DNA of 64,000 bases from an uncultured virus (IMG/VR IMGVR_UViG_3300028380_000008) (Duplodnaviria > Heunggongvirae > Uroviricota > Caudoviricetes). Every line of letters begins with the position of its first letter. Within the stretch, counting starts at the first letter, position 1. The notes under the pieces were generated by a model that saw only the letters and a list, made by a program, of their open reading frames with translations, was not told the origin of the DNA and ran no database searches. The stretch is taken from the IMG/VR virus record IMGVR_UViG_3300028380_000008, one strand, 5' to 3'. Shown one piece after another: positions 38,001-46,426 of this stretch. A program made the position numbers and the translations under genes.

Positions 38001-38316
38001 CTACGTCTCCGGGTTCCGTGTGGACGGGGTCCCGCGGGAGGTCGTGAGCGCCGTCTGCAAGCTCGCCGCGATCGAGGTGCTGACCATCGCGAGCGACCTC
38101 GTCGGGCCGCTCGGCATCGCGTCTACCAGCCTCGGCATCGACGGCATGTCGCAGTCGATCGCCCGGCAGCTGCCGGCCTTCAAGGCGCGGATCGACCAGT
38201 ACCGGGTCGACCTCGGCATCCCGGGCCCGGCGCTCGGGGTCGACCCGAAGTACACCACCGGAGAGATCGGGCAGCTCCGCCGCACCTACCTCGGCATGGT
38301 AGCGGTGAGCGTCTAG
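35098..38316 (+). CDS. Fusion of a DUF4038/GH140-like glycosidase, Gly/Ala repeats and a C-terminal head-tail adaptor
   Basis: SANGRYLVQANGTPF...NIIWVMGGDY...EAYYE...ARWFDPTNG; GAGALTGSGTLAG repeats; LTPRYLQDNYLTG...EKHDY...GIASTSLGIDGMSQSI. Confidence 0.8.
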   Translation: MSFFSPPPLPPRRRPGPPLGVQSSVDGVGAITGSGDLAGASAPPGAGALTGSGTLAGAGAALAAGAGALTGSGTLAGAAATFPLSVSANGRYLVQANGTPFLICADATWSIFVDIPLAGLSSFLGTIAAQGFNAVSGNAIEHHFSVVKPPKERGGLLPFTQRMDGTSYTGSPNGTTGASGTQGQFASDNYSNISNQAPDCTFVNNSYWVVLETILDACLANGLLVFVWPGYLGFNAGDEGWAGEMVAWDAVTGAGGFTGQPFADPTKTKMWNYGAWLAARWKNYGNIIWVMGGDYGSGTHPLTGPQSAAASNLMAGMKSVAGQQSLLFTGHWDRSSLSTDTALAAGSFDVNGCYSDDATAELARRGYAASPTKPVVGLEAYYEDSAVGGSAPWRKYLYWQFVGGIAGGFFGNEQLWRFDDGTPGTDYTTLLSTQSTNDAVRQFSLWRTLPWHRLKPSGLGGMGTLITAGGGTASPQSTDYVAAAATSEGDLLVAYVPPAHTGTITVSMTVMAASARARWFDPTNGTFTQIGVVANTGTHVFTLPGTNSAGDADFLLVLDTPAGALTGSGTLAGAGAALAAGAGALTGSGTLAGVGAASAAGSGTLAGSGTIAGVGAASAAGVGSVTGSGDLAGTGATVIPGSSALAGSGTIAGVGAELAAGAGALTGSGTIAGAGAFVLPGAGAGNLTGSGTLAGAGAALAAGAGALTGSGTLAGVGAALVAGAGALTGSGTLAGVAATTAPGAGVITGSGDLAGAAVVPAAGSIVGSGTIAGVSTSTPAPEVQTNMPPAPVTPSNQPAASAVIRQTSSRFSSVLSLDDLTPRYLQDNYLTGFTITGSDGQPLPPKFYEDKIADAIAKLESVTHIDVLERDVTGEKHDYHTNDYLNYAYLQLFRTPCQSISQVRAVYPTGQVIQVFPSEWVRVYVEHSQIHLVPTSGSLAQVMLGGGNGYLPFIFAGLSYLPNLWEVDYVSGFRVDGVPREVVSAVCKLAAIEVLTIASDLVGPLGIASTSLGIDGMSQSIARQLPAFKARIDQYRVDLGIPGPALGVDPKYTTGEIGQLRRTYLGMVAVSV
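35236..37235 (+). repeat. Exact direct repeats: 86 bp at 35236-35321 and 36784-36869, ~80 bp at 37156-37235
   Basis: ggcgcgctgaccggctccgggaccctggcc...gggtccggcacgct compared base by base. Confidence 0.85.
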
Positions 38317-38318
38317 CG

Positions 38319-39131
38319 ATGGGCGGCGTGACCAAGGGCGGGGGCGTCGCTCGAGGGGGAGGGATTCGGATCTCCGTCCCGTCGCCGACAGGCGAGTGGA
38401 ACCCGCAGTGGCAGGACAACGTCGTCGACTTCGACCGCGACCAGTTCACCCGGTTCATCGCGGACAAGGGGTACGACGTGGTCTGGGAGAAGGCCGTGCT
38501 GTGCCCGAACGTGCCAGGCACCGGGTTGTCGCCGCGCGACCACGTGATCGGGTGCCCGGTCTGCGGCGGTGGCGGGTTCATCTACGTCGACCCGCAGCCG
38601 ACGAAGATGCTGATGCAGGGGATCCGGCTCAACCAGAGCTTCTTCGCGTACGGCCGCTGGGACGTCGGGAACATGCTCGTGACGGCAGAGCCGGAGTTCA
38701 CCATGGACTACTTCGACAGGCTGACCCTGCAGAACGGCGTCGGGCGGTTCACGCAGCGCCTGGTCCGCCAGCCCGGGGTCGCGGCGGACAAGCTCAAGTA
38801 CGCGCCGCTGTGCTTCCACCACGTCGCGTGGGTCGACCGATCCGGGACGCTCGTCTCGTTCGCGGACGGTGTCGACTTCCGGACCTCGGCGGACGACTCG
38901 TCGGTCGAGTGGCTCGGTCCGGTTCAGCCCGACGCCGGCAGCTTCTACACCGTGTGCTACGACTACCGACCGCGGTACGTCGTCCTCGACCTCGTCCACC
39001 ACCATCGCGACTCCACCATCGAGGGTCAGCACTACCAGTTCCCGGTGCAGGCGGTGGCGAAGCTCGACTACCTCACGCGGAACGAAGGTGCAGATGCGCG
39101 TCAAATTGTCGATAAGAATCCCTTCGAGTAG
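38319..39131 (+). CDS. Neck/head-closure protein
   Basis: GYDVVWEKAVLCP...CPVCGGGGFIY; synteny. Confidence 0.7.
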   Translation: MGGVTKGGGVARGGGIRISVPSPTGEWNPQWQDNVVDFDRDQFTRFIADKGYDVVWEKAVLCPNVPGTGLSPRDHVIGCPVCGGGGFIYVDPQPTKMLMQGIRLNQSFFAYGRWDVGNMLVTAEPEFTMDYFDRLTLQNGVGRFTQRLVRQPGVAADKLKYAPLCFHHVAWVDRSGTLVSFADGVDFRTSADDSSVEWLGPVQPDAGSFYTVCYDYRPRYVVLDLVHHHRDSTIEGQHYQFPVQAVAKLDYLTRNEGADARQIVDKNPFE

Positions 39132-39867
39132 CAGAGGGTTCCTCGCGGACAAGGTGTCGCGCGCGTACGCGCGCGCCGTAGTCGACGTGGCCGGACCGCG
39201 GATCGCGTCCCTCGTCCGCGACCGGGCGTCCGCGGCGGCGGACAAGCTGGCTATGGGCTTCGCGCCGCAGTACAAGGCGGCGCTCGCCGGCGCCGACGCC
39301 GTGGTCGTCACGGAGAAGGCGGTGACGATCACGGTCACTGACCCGATCGTGGTCGCGGCCGAGCGCGGCGCCCCGGCGTTCGACATGAAGGCGAAGCTGC
39401 TCTCGCGCGGGAAGCCGAGCAAAAGCGGCGGCGTCTACGTGGACGTCCCGATTCGCCACAAGCCCGGATCGGTCCCGCAGGCGATCCGCACGGCGGGCCG
39501 CCGGGCGGCCAGGAGCTCCGGTGGCGTCGGCCAGGTCAGGCTACCGGCGAGGACCGAAGGTAGGGTATTCACGCGCGCGCTCCACCGCGGTCCGGTCGCC
39601 CAGGCGATCGGGGTCGCGCCGAAGAAGCAGGAGGTCAAGCACAAGCGCGGTGTCCACGACGACCTCGTGCGCAGCGCGACCCGGAAGCGGGGAGGTGGGT
39701 TGGTGGTGCGGTATACGACCATACGCAGGATATCGTCGCGCAGCGCGGCGTCGTCGTGGTGGCACCCGGGGTTCAAGGCGCGCCACGTCCTCGACGAGGT
39801 GCTGCCGCGATCGCGCCGGGAGATCGCGGCGATCATCCGCGACGCGATCGCGGCGAGGAGCGCGTGA
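39094..39867 (+). CDS. Basic neck or tail-completion protein
   Basis: FDMKAKLL, YVDVPIRH, YTTIRRIS...SWWHPG. Confidence 0.65.
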   Translation: MRVKLSIRIPSSSRGFLADKVSRAYARAVVDVAGPRIASLVRDRASAAADKLAMGFAPQYKAALAGADAVVVTEKAVTITVTDPIVVAAERGAPAFDMKAKLLSRGKPSKSGGVYVDVPIRHKPGSVPQAIRTAGRRAARSSGGVGQVRLPARTEGRVFTRALHRGPVAQAIGVAPKKQEVKHKRGVHDDLVRSATRKRGGGLVVRYTTIRRISSRSAASSWWHPGFKARHVLDEVLPRSRREIAAIIRDAIAARSA

Positions 39868-40607
39868 TGTCGGACACGGTGTCGAGCCCGAGCAGCAACT
39901 TCACGGTCCCGCAGACGCAGCCGGCCGGGCTGCGCATCCCGGAGTTCGCCATCCGCCAGCTCATCGGGTGGGCGATCGGGCGGGTGAGGGAGAAGATCGG
40001 GACGCCCGACGACGTCGTCGACCAGCTGTTCGCGTTCGTGCCTCACGACACGCGCGAGCAGTTCAAGCAGTGGCTGCTGCAGAACCAGAACATATATCTG
40101 GACGTAAGTTGGCCGAGGGACCCGGTAAGTCTGGCGATGATCGTTGTGGAGCCGCAGTCAGAAGCGGAAGACACCACCAGCACGTTTCTTGGCGACTCTG
40201 TCGGCACAACGATCCGCGGGCAGTTCAGCGGACAGACAGTTACAGAATCGCTCGCGTACGGAATTCCAGAGATACATAACACCAACATATACATCGCGTC
40301 GGACGACGATAGATTGACGCTGTTCTTGTACACGCTCGTGAAGTTCATCGTGCTTCACAACAAAGCGTCGCTCGATCGGTTCTACGACGTCCACAACCTT
40401 AGCTTGTCGGGCGGCGTGCTGGAGCACGACACCGACAGGATGCCGCAGTTCGTGTACTACAGGGTGCTGCAGGCCCGCTACATGACCATCTTCGACTTCA
40501 ACGGCGACGCGAGCAGCGCGATCGCGTCCGTCAGCTTGGGGCTCAGCGTCGCTGAGTTCATCGACGGCGAGGAGGTCGATACCGTCGTCGAGCCGTCGGT
40601 GACCTGA
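39867..40607 (+). CDS. Putative tail terminator
   Basis: Position before sheath. Confidence 0.55.
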   Translation: MSDTVSSPSSNFTVPQTQPAGLRIPEFAIRQLIGWAIGRVREKIGTPDDVVDQLFAFVPHDTREQFKQWLLQNQNIYLDVSWPRDPVSLAMIVVEPQSEAEDTTSTFLGDSVGTTIRGQFSGQTVTESLAYGIPEIHNTNIYIASDDDRLTLFLYTLVKFIVLHNKASLDRFYDVHNLSLSGGVLEHDTDRMPQFVYYRVLQARYMTIFDFNGDASSAIASVSLGLSVAEFIDGEEVDTVVEPSVT

Positions 40608-40680
40608 TGTAGGCGCCGCGGCCGTGGTAAATGTGCCGAGGGCCCCGCGGTTTTTTGATGTAGGATAGGAGCTGAACTCC

Positions 40681-40968
40681 ATGCCGCAAGACAGCCAGGA
40701 CGACAAGGAGAAACCCGCCGCGGTCGGTCGCACGTACCGCGACGAGGTGGCTTCGCCGATCACGACGCCCGAGGCCGTCGCCGCGCGCCAGGTGCGCCAG
40801 GCGAGGTACCTGGGCCCTGACGCGGTGACCATCCAGGTCTACTTCGTGGTCAAGCAGATCAACAACGTGATCCTCCAGGCGAGCATGCTCGCCTATACAG
40901 ACGTGCGCACCGCCAGCGTCAGTGAGTTCGATGAGATTTTCGCCAACCACCACGAGGTGAAGTCTTAA
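40681..40968 (+). CDS. Small hypothetical protein before sheath
   Basis: AGGAG RBS; TAATG overlap. Confidence 0.65.
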   Translation: MPQDSQDDKEKPAAVGRTYRDEVASPITTPEAVAARQVRQARYLGPDAVTIQVYFVVKQINNVILQASMLAYTDVRTASVSEFDEIFANHHEVKS

Positions 40969-42788
40969 TGACCACGCAAGTCATGTTCAATGGTCAGGTC
41001 ATCGTTCGTCCTGGCGCGTACACGCAGATCGACGCGTCGCAGTTCCAGAGCACGGTGCTGCAGGGGCTCGGCATCGTCGGCCTGATCGGGGAGGCGGACC
41101 AGGGCCAACCTCGGGTCCCGCTGTCGTTCCTGGCACCGGCCGACGTCAGGAAGGCGTACGTGTCCGGGGACCTCGTCGAGGCCGCCGCGATGGTAGCTGA
41201 CCCGAGCGGCGACCCTCGCGTCCCGACCGGGGCGCAGCAGATCGTCTGCTACAAGGTCAACGGCGGGACGCGGTCGACCGTGACCAGCGCGCCGTTCACG
41301 TTCACGTCTCTGCAATGGGGCATCCTGCAGAACAACATCACCGTGGCGGTGGCGGTGAGCTCCCCGGGGTTCGTCGTCACGGTCACGAACCTCGACGCGT
41401 TCGGCGCCCTCATCTCCGAGGTCAGCACGGTCGTCGGCGGTACGGGCAAGTTCACGGTCCAGTATACCGGCGCCGGCTCGGCCGCGACGATGACGATCAA
41501 CGCCACGACGCTGACCACGACCGTCACGGGAGCCGCCGCCGACAACCTCAGCCTCAGCTTCGCTGATTACCCGACGCTGTCGCTGTTGCTGCAAGCCATC
41601 TCGGCGACCGGCAAGTACGCGGTGACCGCGTTGGTCACCAACAGCAACAGCTTCGCGAGCGGCCAGCTCGACGGGGTGACGGCGGTCGACATCAAGACGG
41701 CGCTGACCACCGTGTTCGCGAAGAACGCGGACATCGTCAACTGGGTCAACGCGAACAGCCAGCAGATCAGCGCCACGTCCACGGCGGGGGCGGTGGCGTT
41801 CACCGGGCCGCTCGCCGCGACCCAGCTGACCGGAGGGACGCGCGGCACGTCGACGAACACCAACTGGGCCGACGGGTTCACCGCGCTGTCGAACGTCCGG
41901 ATCAACCAGACGATCCCGCTCGCGTCCGCCGACGCCGTCACCGCCCAGGGCACCTTCACGATCGCGTCGATCGCGAGCGCCGCCGTGGCGTACGCGAAGC
42001 TCGCGAGCTCCACGGCGGGCCAGAACGAGGTCCAGGCGTGGATCGGCGTGAGCCAGAACAAGACGACCCTCATCGCGACGGCCAACGCGCAGAACAGCGA
42101 GCACCTCGAACTGTTTGGGCAGCGGGTGCAGCGCACCGCCAGCGTCGGTGGTCAGACGTACATCGGCGGGTCACTCCTCAACTACACCGCCGGCCAGAGC
42201 ATCTTTTTCCCGGAGTGGGCGACGGCGTGCGTCGCCGCCGGCATGCGCGCCGGCGCGCCGCTGGGCGAGCCGCTCACCTGGAAGTTCGCCAACGTCACCG
42301 GCGTCAGCAGCGACGCCACGTGGTCCGAGCAGAACAACACCGACGTCGTGGCGATGGAGCTGAACGGCGTCTGCGTGGTCAACCAGGTGCGTGGTCGCGG
42401 GTTCCGGTTCGACAAGATGATCACCACGTACACGCGGTCGAACAACGACGCGTACACCGAGGAGATCATCGTCCAGGGGTGGAAGCTCGTGGCGTTCAAC
42501 CTGCGCCAGGCGCTGCAGGACGCGTTCGTCGGCCGCGGCGGGTCGCTGCAGCGGGTGTCAACCGTCCCGGCGGTCGTCGCCACCGTGATGCAGCCGTTCA
42601 AGGACGCCGGCCTGATCACCGACAGCACCGCGAACGGTCAGCGCGTCAACGCGTGGCGCAAGGTCAACTGGTCCCTCAGCGGTGACCAGCTGAGGGTCGA
42701 CGTCACGGTCACCATCACCCCGGGCATCAACTACGTGCTCACCACGATCGTCCTCGTCCCCGCCCAGATCAGCGGCGCGGCGGCGTAG
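40968..42788 (+). CDS. Contractile tail sheath protein
   Basis: IVRPGAYTQID, GLIGEADQGQP, LTGGTRG, GEPLTWK, PGINYVL. Confidence 0.92.
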   Translation: MTTQVMFNGQVIVRPGAYTQIDASQFQSTVLQGLGIVGLIGEADQGQPRVPLSFLAPADVRKAYVSGDLVEAAAMVADPSGDPRVPTGAQQIVCYKVNGGTRSTVTSAPFTFTSLQWGILQNNITVAVAVSSPGFVVTVTNLDAFGALISEVSTVVGGTGKFTVQYTGAGSAATMTINATTLTTTVTGAAADNLSLSFADYPTLSLLLQAISATGKYAVTALVTNSNSFASGQLDGVTAVDIKTALTTVFAKNADIVNWVNANSQQISATSTAGAVAFTGPLAATQLTGGTRGTSTNTNWADGFTALSNVRINQTIPLASADAVTAQGTFTIASIASAAVAYAKLASSTAGQNEVQAWIGVSQNKTTLIATANAQNSEHLELFGQRVQRTASVGGQTYIGGSLLNYTAGQSIFFPEWATACVAAGMRAGAPLGEPLTWKFANVTGVSSDATWSEQNNTDVVAMELNGVCVVNQVRGRGFRFDKMITTYTRSNNDAYTEEIIVQGWKLVAFNLRQALQDAFVGRGGSLQRVSTVPAVVATVMQPFKDAGLITDSTANGQRVNAWRKVNWSLSGDQLRVDVTVTITPGINYVLTTIVLVPAQISGAAA

Positions 42789-42803
42789 GAGAGGAGCTGA
42801 CAG

Positions 42804-43286
42804 ATGGCACGCACCGCGCTCCCGCTAGGCCAAGGCACCCGCGTCATATCCGGCGCTCGGTGCGTGTTCCTGTTCAACGGCGAGATCGTCGGATTCGCGT
42901 CCGGCGTGTCGGGGTCCGAGGAGATCCAGTACGAGCCGGTCGACACGCTCGACCACCTGGAGGTGCGCGAGCACGTCCCGGTCGGGTACCGGGTCACGCT
43001 CGGCGCGCAGCTGTTCCGCACCGTGTCTCAGGGCGCGAGCGACGATGTCAACGCCCCCGGGTCGCTGAAGCAGCAGCAGATCTTCCCGAAGTTCGACCAG
43101 ATCTTCCGCATCCAGGGCGTCGACGCGGTCATCCAGGACCACCAGGTTACGGGGAAGATCCTCCACCAGTTCCAGACGGTGAAGACGTCGAGCTACAACT
43201 TCAACATCACCCCGCGCGGCATCGTCGGCCAGAACGTCAACTTCGTCGCGATCCGGGCGCTCGACGAGTCCGAGGTCCAGCCGTGA
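42804..43286 (+). CDS. Tail tube protein
   Basis: Follows sheath; VISGAR...EHVPVGY...NVNFVAI. Confidence 0.85.
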   Translation: MARTALPLGQGTRVISGARCVFLFNGEIVGFASGVSGSEEIQYEPVDTLDHLEVREHVPVGYRVTLGAQLFRTVSQGASDDVNAPGSLKQQQIFPKFDQIFRIQGVDAVIQDHQVTGKILHQFQTVKTSSYNFNITPRGIVGQNVNFVAIRALDESEVQP

Positions 43287-43660
43287 GCGATGACGGCAAT
43301 AAGGACGTAGTCAAGATCGTCGACACCAAAGACGACAAAGCCGTCTCGTTCACGAAGTCGTTCACCGTGACGTGGACGAACGCCGAGACCGGGATCGTCA
43401 ACGTCGGGACGTTCACGGCGACGCGTCCCGGCCTCGGCGCCATGGGTCAGATCGCCGTCTACAAGGCGAAGCTGAATGGCGGCGAGAAGGTCGACCCTAT
43501 GACCGACATCATGCATCAGATGATGGCGGACCTGCACTACATCCTGACGGATGTCCCGGCTTGGTGGAAACCGAGCGAGTTCTTCACCGCTAGCCCACTG
43601 CGTGACGTGTGGGACCACGTGGTGGCGTGGTCGAGCACCTTTCGAGCACGCGTGGGGTGA
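43283..43660 (+). CDS. Tail assembly chaperone
   Basis: Between tube and tape measure; GTFTATRP...PAWW...WSSTFR. Confidence 0.75.
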   Translation: MSDDGNKDVVKIVDTKDDKAVSFTKSFTVTWTNAETGIVNVGTFTATRPGLGAMGQIAVYKAKLNGGEKVDPMTDIMHQMMADLHYILTDVPAWWKPSEFFTASPLRDVWDHVVAWSSTFRARVG

Positions 43661-44048
43661 CGACCGCCGACTGCTGCGCGCCGTAGCAGCTGCCCGGGTC
43701 CGCAACGAGTCGCTGCAGCGGTGGTGGTGTAAGAAGTACAACCGGCCACGGAAGGACCCGCTGCTAGCCGAGTACACGCTGGAGGAGCTGATGATCGAGT
43801 ACCTGGAGGACGTCATCGAGAGCGACCCAGCGGAGGAGTTCCCGCAGAGCGTCCAAGAGTCCGGGCTCTACGTGCACAAGACCGGGGACGCGCTGGTCGA
43901 CAGGTGGCAGGCGGACGCCGCGCTCGGCAAGGAGATCGACTTCGACGAGGCGTTCAAGGACCCGGAGGCGAGGGAGCAGTGGGAGGCGGTCAAGGCCGCG
44001 TCCCGCGCGCGCCACCAGGCCAAGCACGGCGGCGAGGGCGGGCGCTGA
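43641..44048 (+). CDS. Frameshift extension of tail chaperone (+1 frame)
   Basis: Coding-like frame (WWCKKYNRP...YTLEEL) with no plausible start; TTT-CGA at 43640-43645. Confidence 0.6.
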   Translation, partial: FEHAWGDDRRLLRAVAAARVRNESLQRWWCKKYNRPRKDPLLAEYTLEELMIEYLEDVIESDPAEEFPQSVQESGLYVHKTGDALVDRWQADAALGKEIDFDEAFKDPEAREQWEAVKAASRARHQAKHGGEGGR

Positions 44049-46426
44049 TGGCCGACGACATCAAGCTCCAGCTCGGGATCGACGTCGAGGCGCTGCAGCG
44101 CGCCGCGTCGCAGGCCACCAACGTCCTCGCGCAGACGTTCGAGAAGGGCATCAGCGCCAACCTGCTCGGCAACGGGCTGCTGCCGACGCAGCCGCCGCCG
44201 GCGCAGCAGGGCTCGCAGAACACCATCGCCGGGGTGGTCAGCGCGATCCAACAGGTTAACCGCACGCTCATCACCGGGTTCAACGCGCTCGCCGGAGGCG
44301 TCTACCTCGGTGGCGGCGGTGGGGGCGTCGGGACTGGAGGCGGCGGCCCCGGCGGCGGGCCGGGCGGTGTCGGACCCGCCGCCGGCCTGGCGCAGCCGGG
44401 ACCCGGGGCTCGCGTCGGCGGGGGCGGGTTCGGAGGGGCCGCGCAGATCATCTCCCGAGCCGGCGACCTCGCCGCCGCGCTCATGCCGTCGACCATGAAG
44501 ATGTTCATGGGCGGGTTCTACGGCACCGACGTCATGGGGTTCGTGCACAACCTCGTCAGCCAGATCCCGATCGCAGGCAGCCTGCTCGGCGCGGTCACCG
44601 GGCCGTTCCACCAGGTGATGCAGAAGAACGACGAGTTCAAGAACATGCAGTACGAGCTGTTCCGCGACGCCGGCGAGGACGCGATGAACTCGTTCACCAA
44701 CATGTGGGAGGACGACGACTACAGGGAGCAGTTCGTCAAGCGCTACGGGTTCAGCAGGTCGGAGACGCAGCAGCTCCTCCACTCCGGCTTCCGCCGCGGG
44801 CTGAACCAGGGCTCGGGGATGGAGGCGGTCATGAACATGCAGGGCACGCTCGGCCTCGGCCAGGAGACCGCCGAGACGGCGGGTGGTCTCCGCAGGGCTG
44901 GCCTGAAGCCGGGCCAGGAGAGCGAGGTCCTGGCGAACGCGATCGGCGTCGCCGTCGCGACCGGGCTGGAGCGCGGTCGCTGGGGCGAGATGCTGACCAT
45001 GTGGCAGCGGGCGGCCCAGTCGAGCGTCGACACCGACATCGCCTGGAAGGAGGTGGCGTCGCAGCAGCAGTTCGTCGGCAGCCTCGGGGCCCGCTACCAG
45101 GGAGACACGCCCGCGTCCCAGTCGATGCACGCCGCGCTCCGGGCGATGGCGAGCAACACGAGCTCGCCGCTGGCGCTCCGCGGCGCGCTGCAGCTGACCG
45201 GCGGGGACTACTTCGGCGCGACCGCGCGCATGGCGCGGGCCGGTGAGCAGCCGGACACCGAGCTCGAGGAGCGGATCATCGACCAGATGATGGGCGTCTC
45301 GGGCGTGCGCGAGTGGATGTCGATGCCGGACGGCCCGGACGCTGACCGCGCGCTCGACCGCATCGCCGGCGTCGCCGCGACGCTCGGGACGGGGTTGTCG
45401 CAGCTCAAGATCGCGACCCTGCTCAAGGCGAGGAAGCGGACCCAGGGTCCGCTGTTCAAGCCGCCGTCGTCCGAGGCCGTCGCGATCGGGATCCAGCAGG
45501 TCACCGGCACGGCGCCGCTGCCCGACACCGCGCTCGGCCCGCGGCGGAGCGAGTCCGAGGCGCAGCGCCCGTCCGGGATCTCCGGCATCCAGGAGAACAA
45601 GCCGCTCGTGCCGGGCGGTCCGCAGGAGCAGCTCAAGCGGAACCAGGCTGACCGCATGCGCCGGATCCAGGCCAGGGACCCGTCCGCCGGCATGACCGCG
45701 GACGAGCTGCGCTCCGGGCAGTTCATGTTCGACTCCGGGTCGCCGGCGCCCGCCGGGAGCGCCGCGCCGTCGCCGGGCACCTCCGGCGCGTCGGGGTCCG
45801 GGTACCAGCAGTTCGCGACGCAGGGGTTCGGATCCCCGATCCCGGGCCGGGCGCCGCACCCAGGCGTCGACCTCGCGTTCCCGCCAGGCACCGCCGTCAC
45901 GTGCCCGGTCGACGGCGTGATCGAGCACATCAACCGGAACGGCGTCGGGCTCGAGGTCGGCGCGGCGGTCCACATCCGCGCCGCGGATGGTGTGCTGTGG
46001 AAGCTCTACCACATCGACCCCAAGACCTTCCCGGCGAGCCTGAGCGTCGGGCGCCGCATCTCGCGGGGCACGCCGCTCGGCCGGACGTTCAGCAACCAGT
46101 TCTGGCAGGGCCCGGGAGGCCAGCGCGTGCGCACCCACCTCCACGTCGGCCAGACCAGCGCCGGCGGGGTCGGGCTCGACCCGATGCGCCCCGGCGGGAT
46201 CGCGCCGGGGTCGCTGACCGGCGGCGTCACGGGGTCCGTGGTAGGCGCCGGCGCGGCGCCGTCATCGTCGTCGTCGTCGAGCTCGGCAGGCAACGCGGTC
46301 CACGTGACGACCGACGTCAACGTGTACGTGCACCAGGACCCGTCGGGGCGCCCCGTGATCCGCGCGCGCGCCGCGACGCCGTCCGTCGTGAGCTCGCCCG
46401 GCCAGATCGTCGGAGGCACGCGGTGA
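44048..46426 (+). CDS. Tape measure protein with C-terminal M23 peptidase
   Basis: Helical Ala/Gly/Gln-rich body; HPGVD...YHID...HLH. Confidence 0.8.
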   Translation: MADDIKLQLGIDVEALQRAASQATNVLAQTFEKGISANLLGNGLLPTQPPPAQQGSQNTIAGVVSAIQQVNRTLITGFNALAGGVYLGGGGGGVGTGGGGPGGGPGGVGPAAGLAQPGPGARVGGGGFGGAAQIISRAGDLAAALMPSTMKMFMGGFYGTDVMGFVHNLVSQIPIAGSLLGAVTGPFHQVMQKNDEFKNMQYELFRDAGEDAMNSFTNMWEDDDYREQFVKRYGFSRSETQQLLHSGFRRGLNQGSGMEAVMNMQGTLGLGQETAETAGGLRRAGLKPGQESEVLANAIGVAVATGLERGRWGEMLTMWQRAAQSSVDTDIAWKEVASQQQFVGSLGARYQGDTPASQSMHAALRAMASNTSSPLALRGALQLTGGDYFGATARMARAGEQPDTELEERIIDQMMGVSGVREWMSMPDGPDADRALDRIAGVAATLGTGLSQLKIATLLKARKRTQGPLFKPPSSEAVAIGIQQVTGTAPLPDTALGPRRSESEAQRPSGISGIQENKPLVPGGPQEQLKRNQADRMRRIQARDPSAGMTADELRSGQFMFDSGSPAPAGSAAPSPGTSGASGSGYQQFATQGFGSPIPGRAPHPGVDLAFPPGTAVTCPVDGVIEHINRNGVGLEVGAAVHIRAADGVLWKLYHIDPKTFPASLSVGRRISRGTPLGRTFSNQFWQGPGGQRVRTHLHVGQTSAGGVGLDPMRPGGIAPGSLTGGVTGSVVGAGAAPSSSSSSSSAGNAVHVTTDVNVYVHQDPSGRPVIRARAATPSVVSSPGQIVGGTR

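Noticed and set aside
40614..40656. Possible intrinsic terminator (CCGCGG...CCGCGG-TTTTTT)
   Set aside because: Long, poorly paired interior; too weak to call
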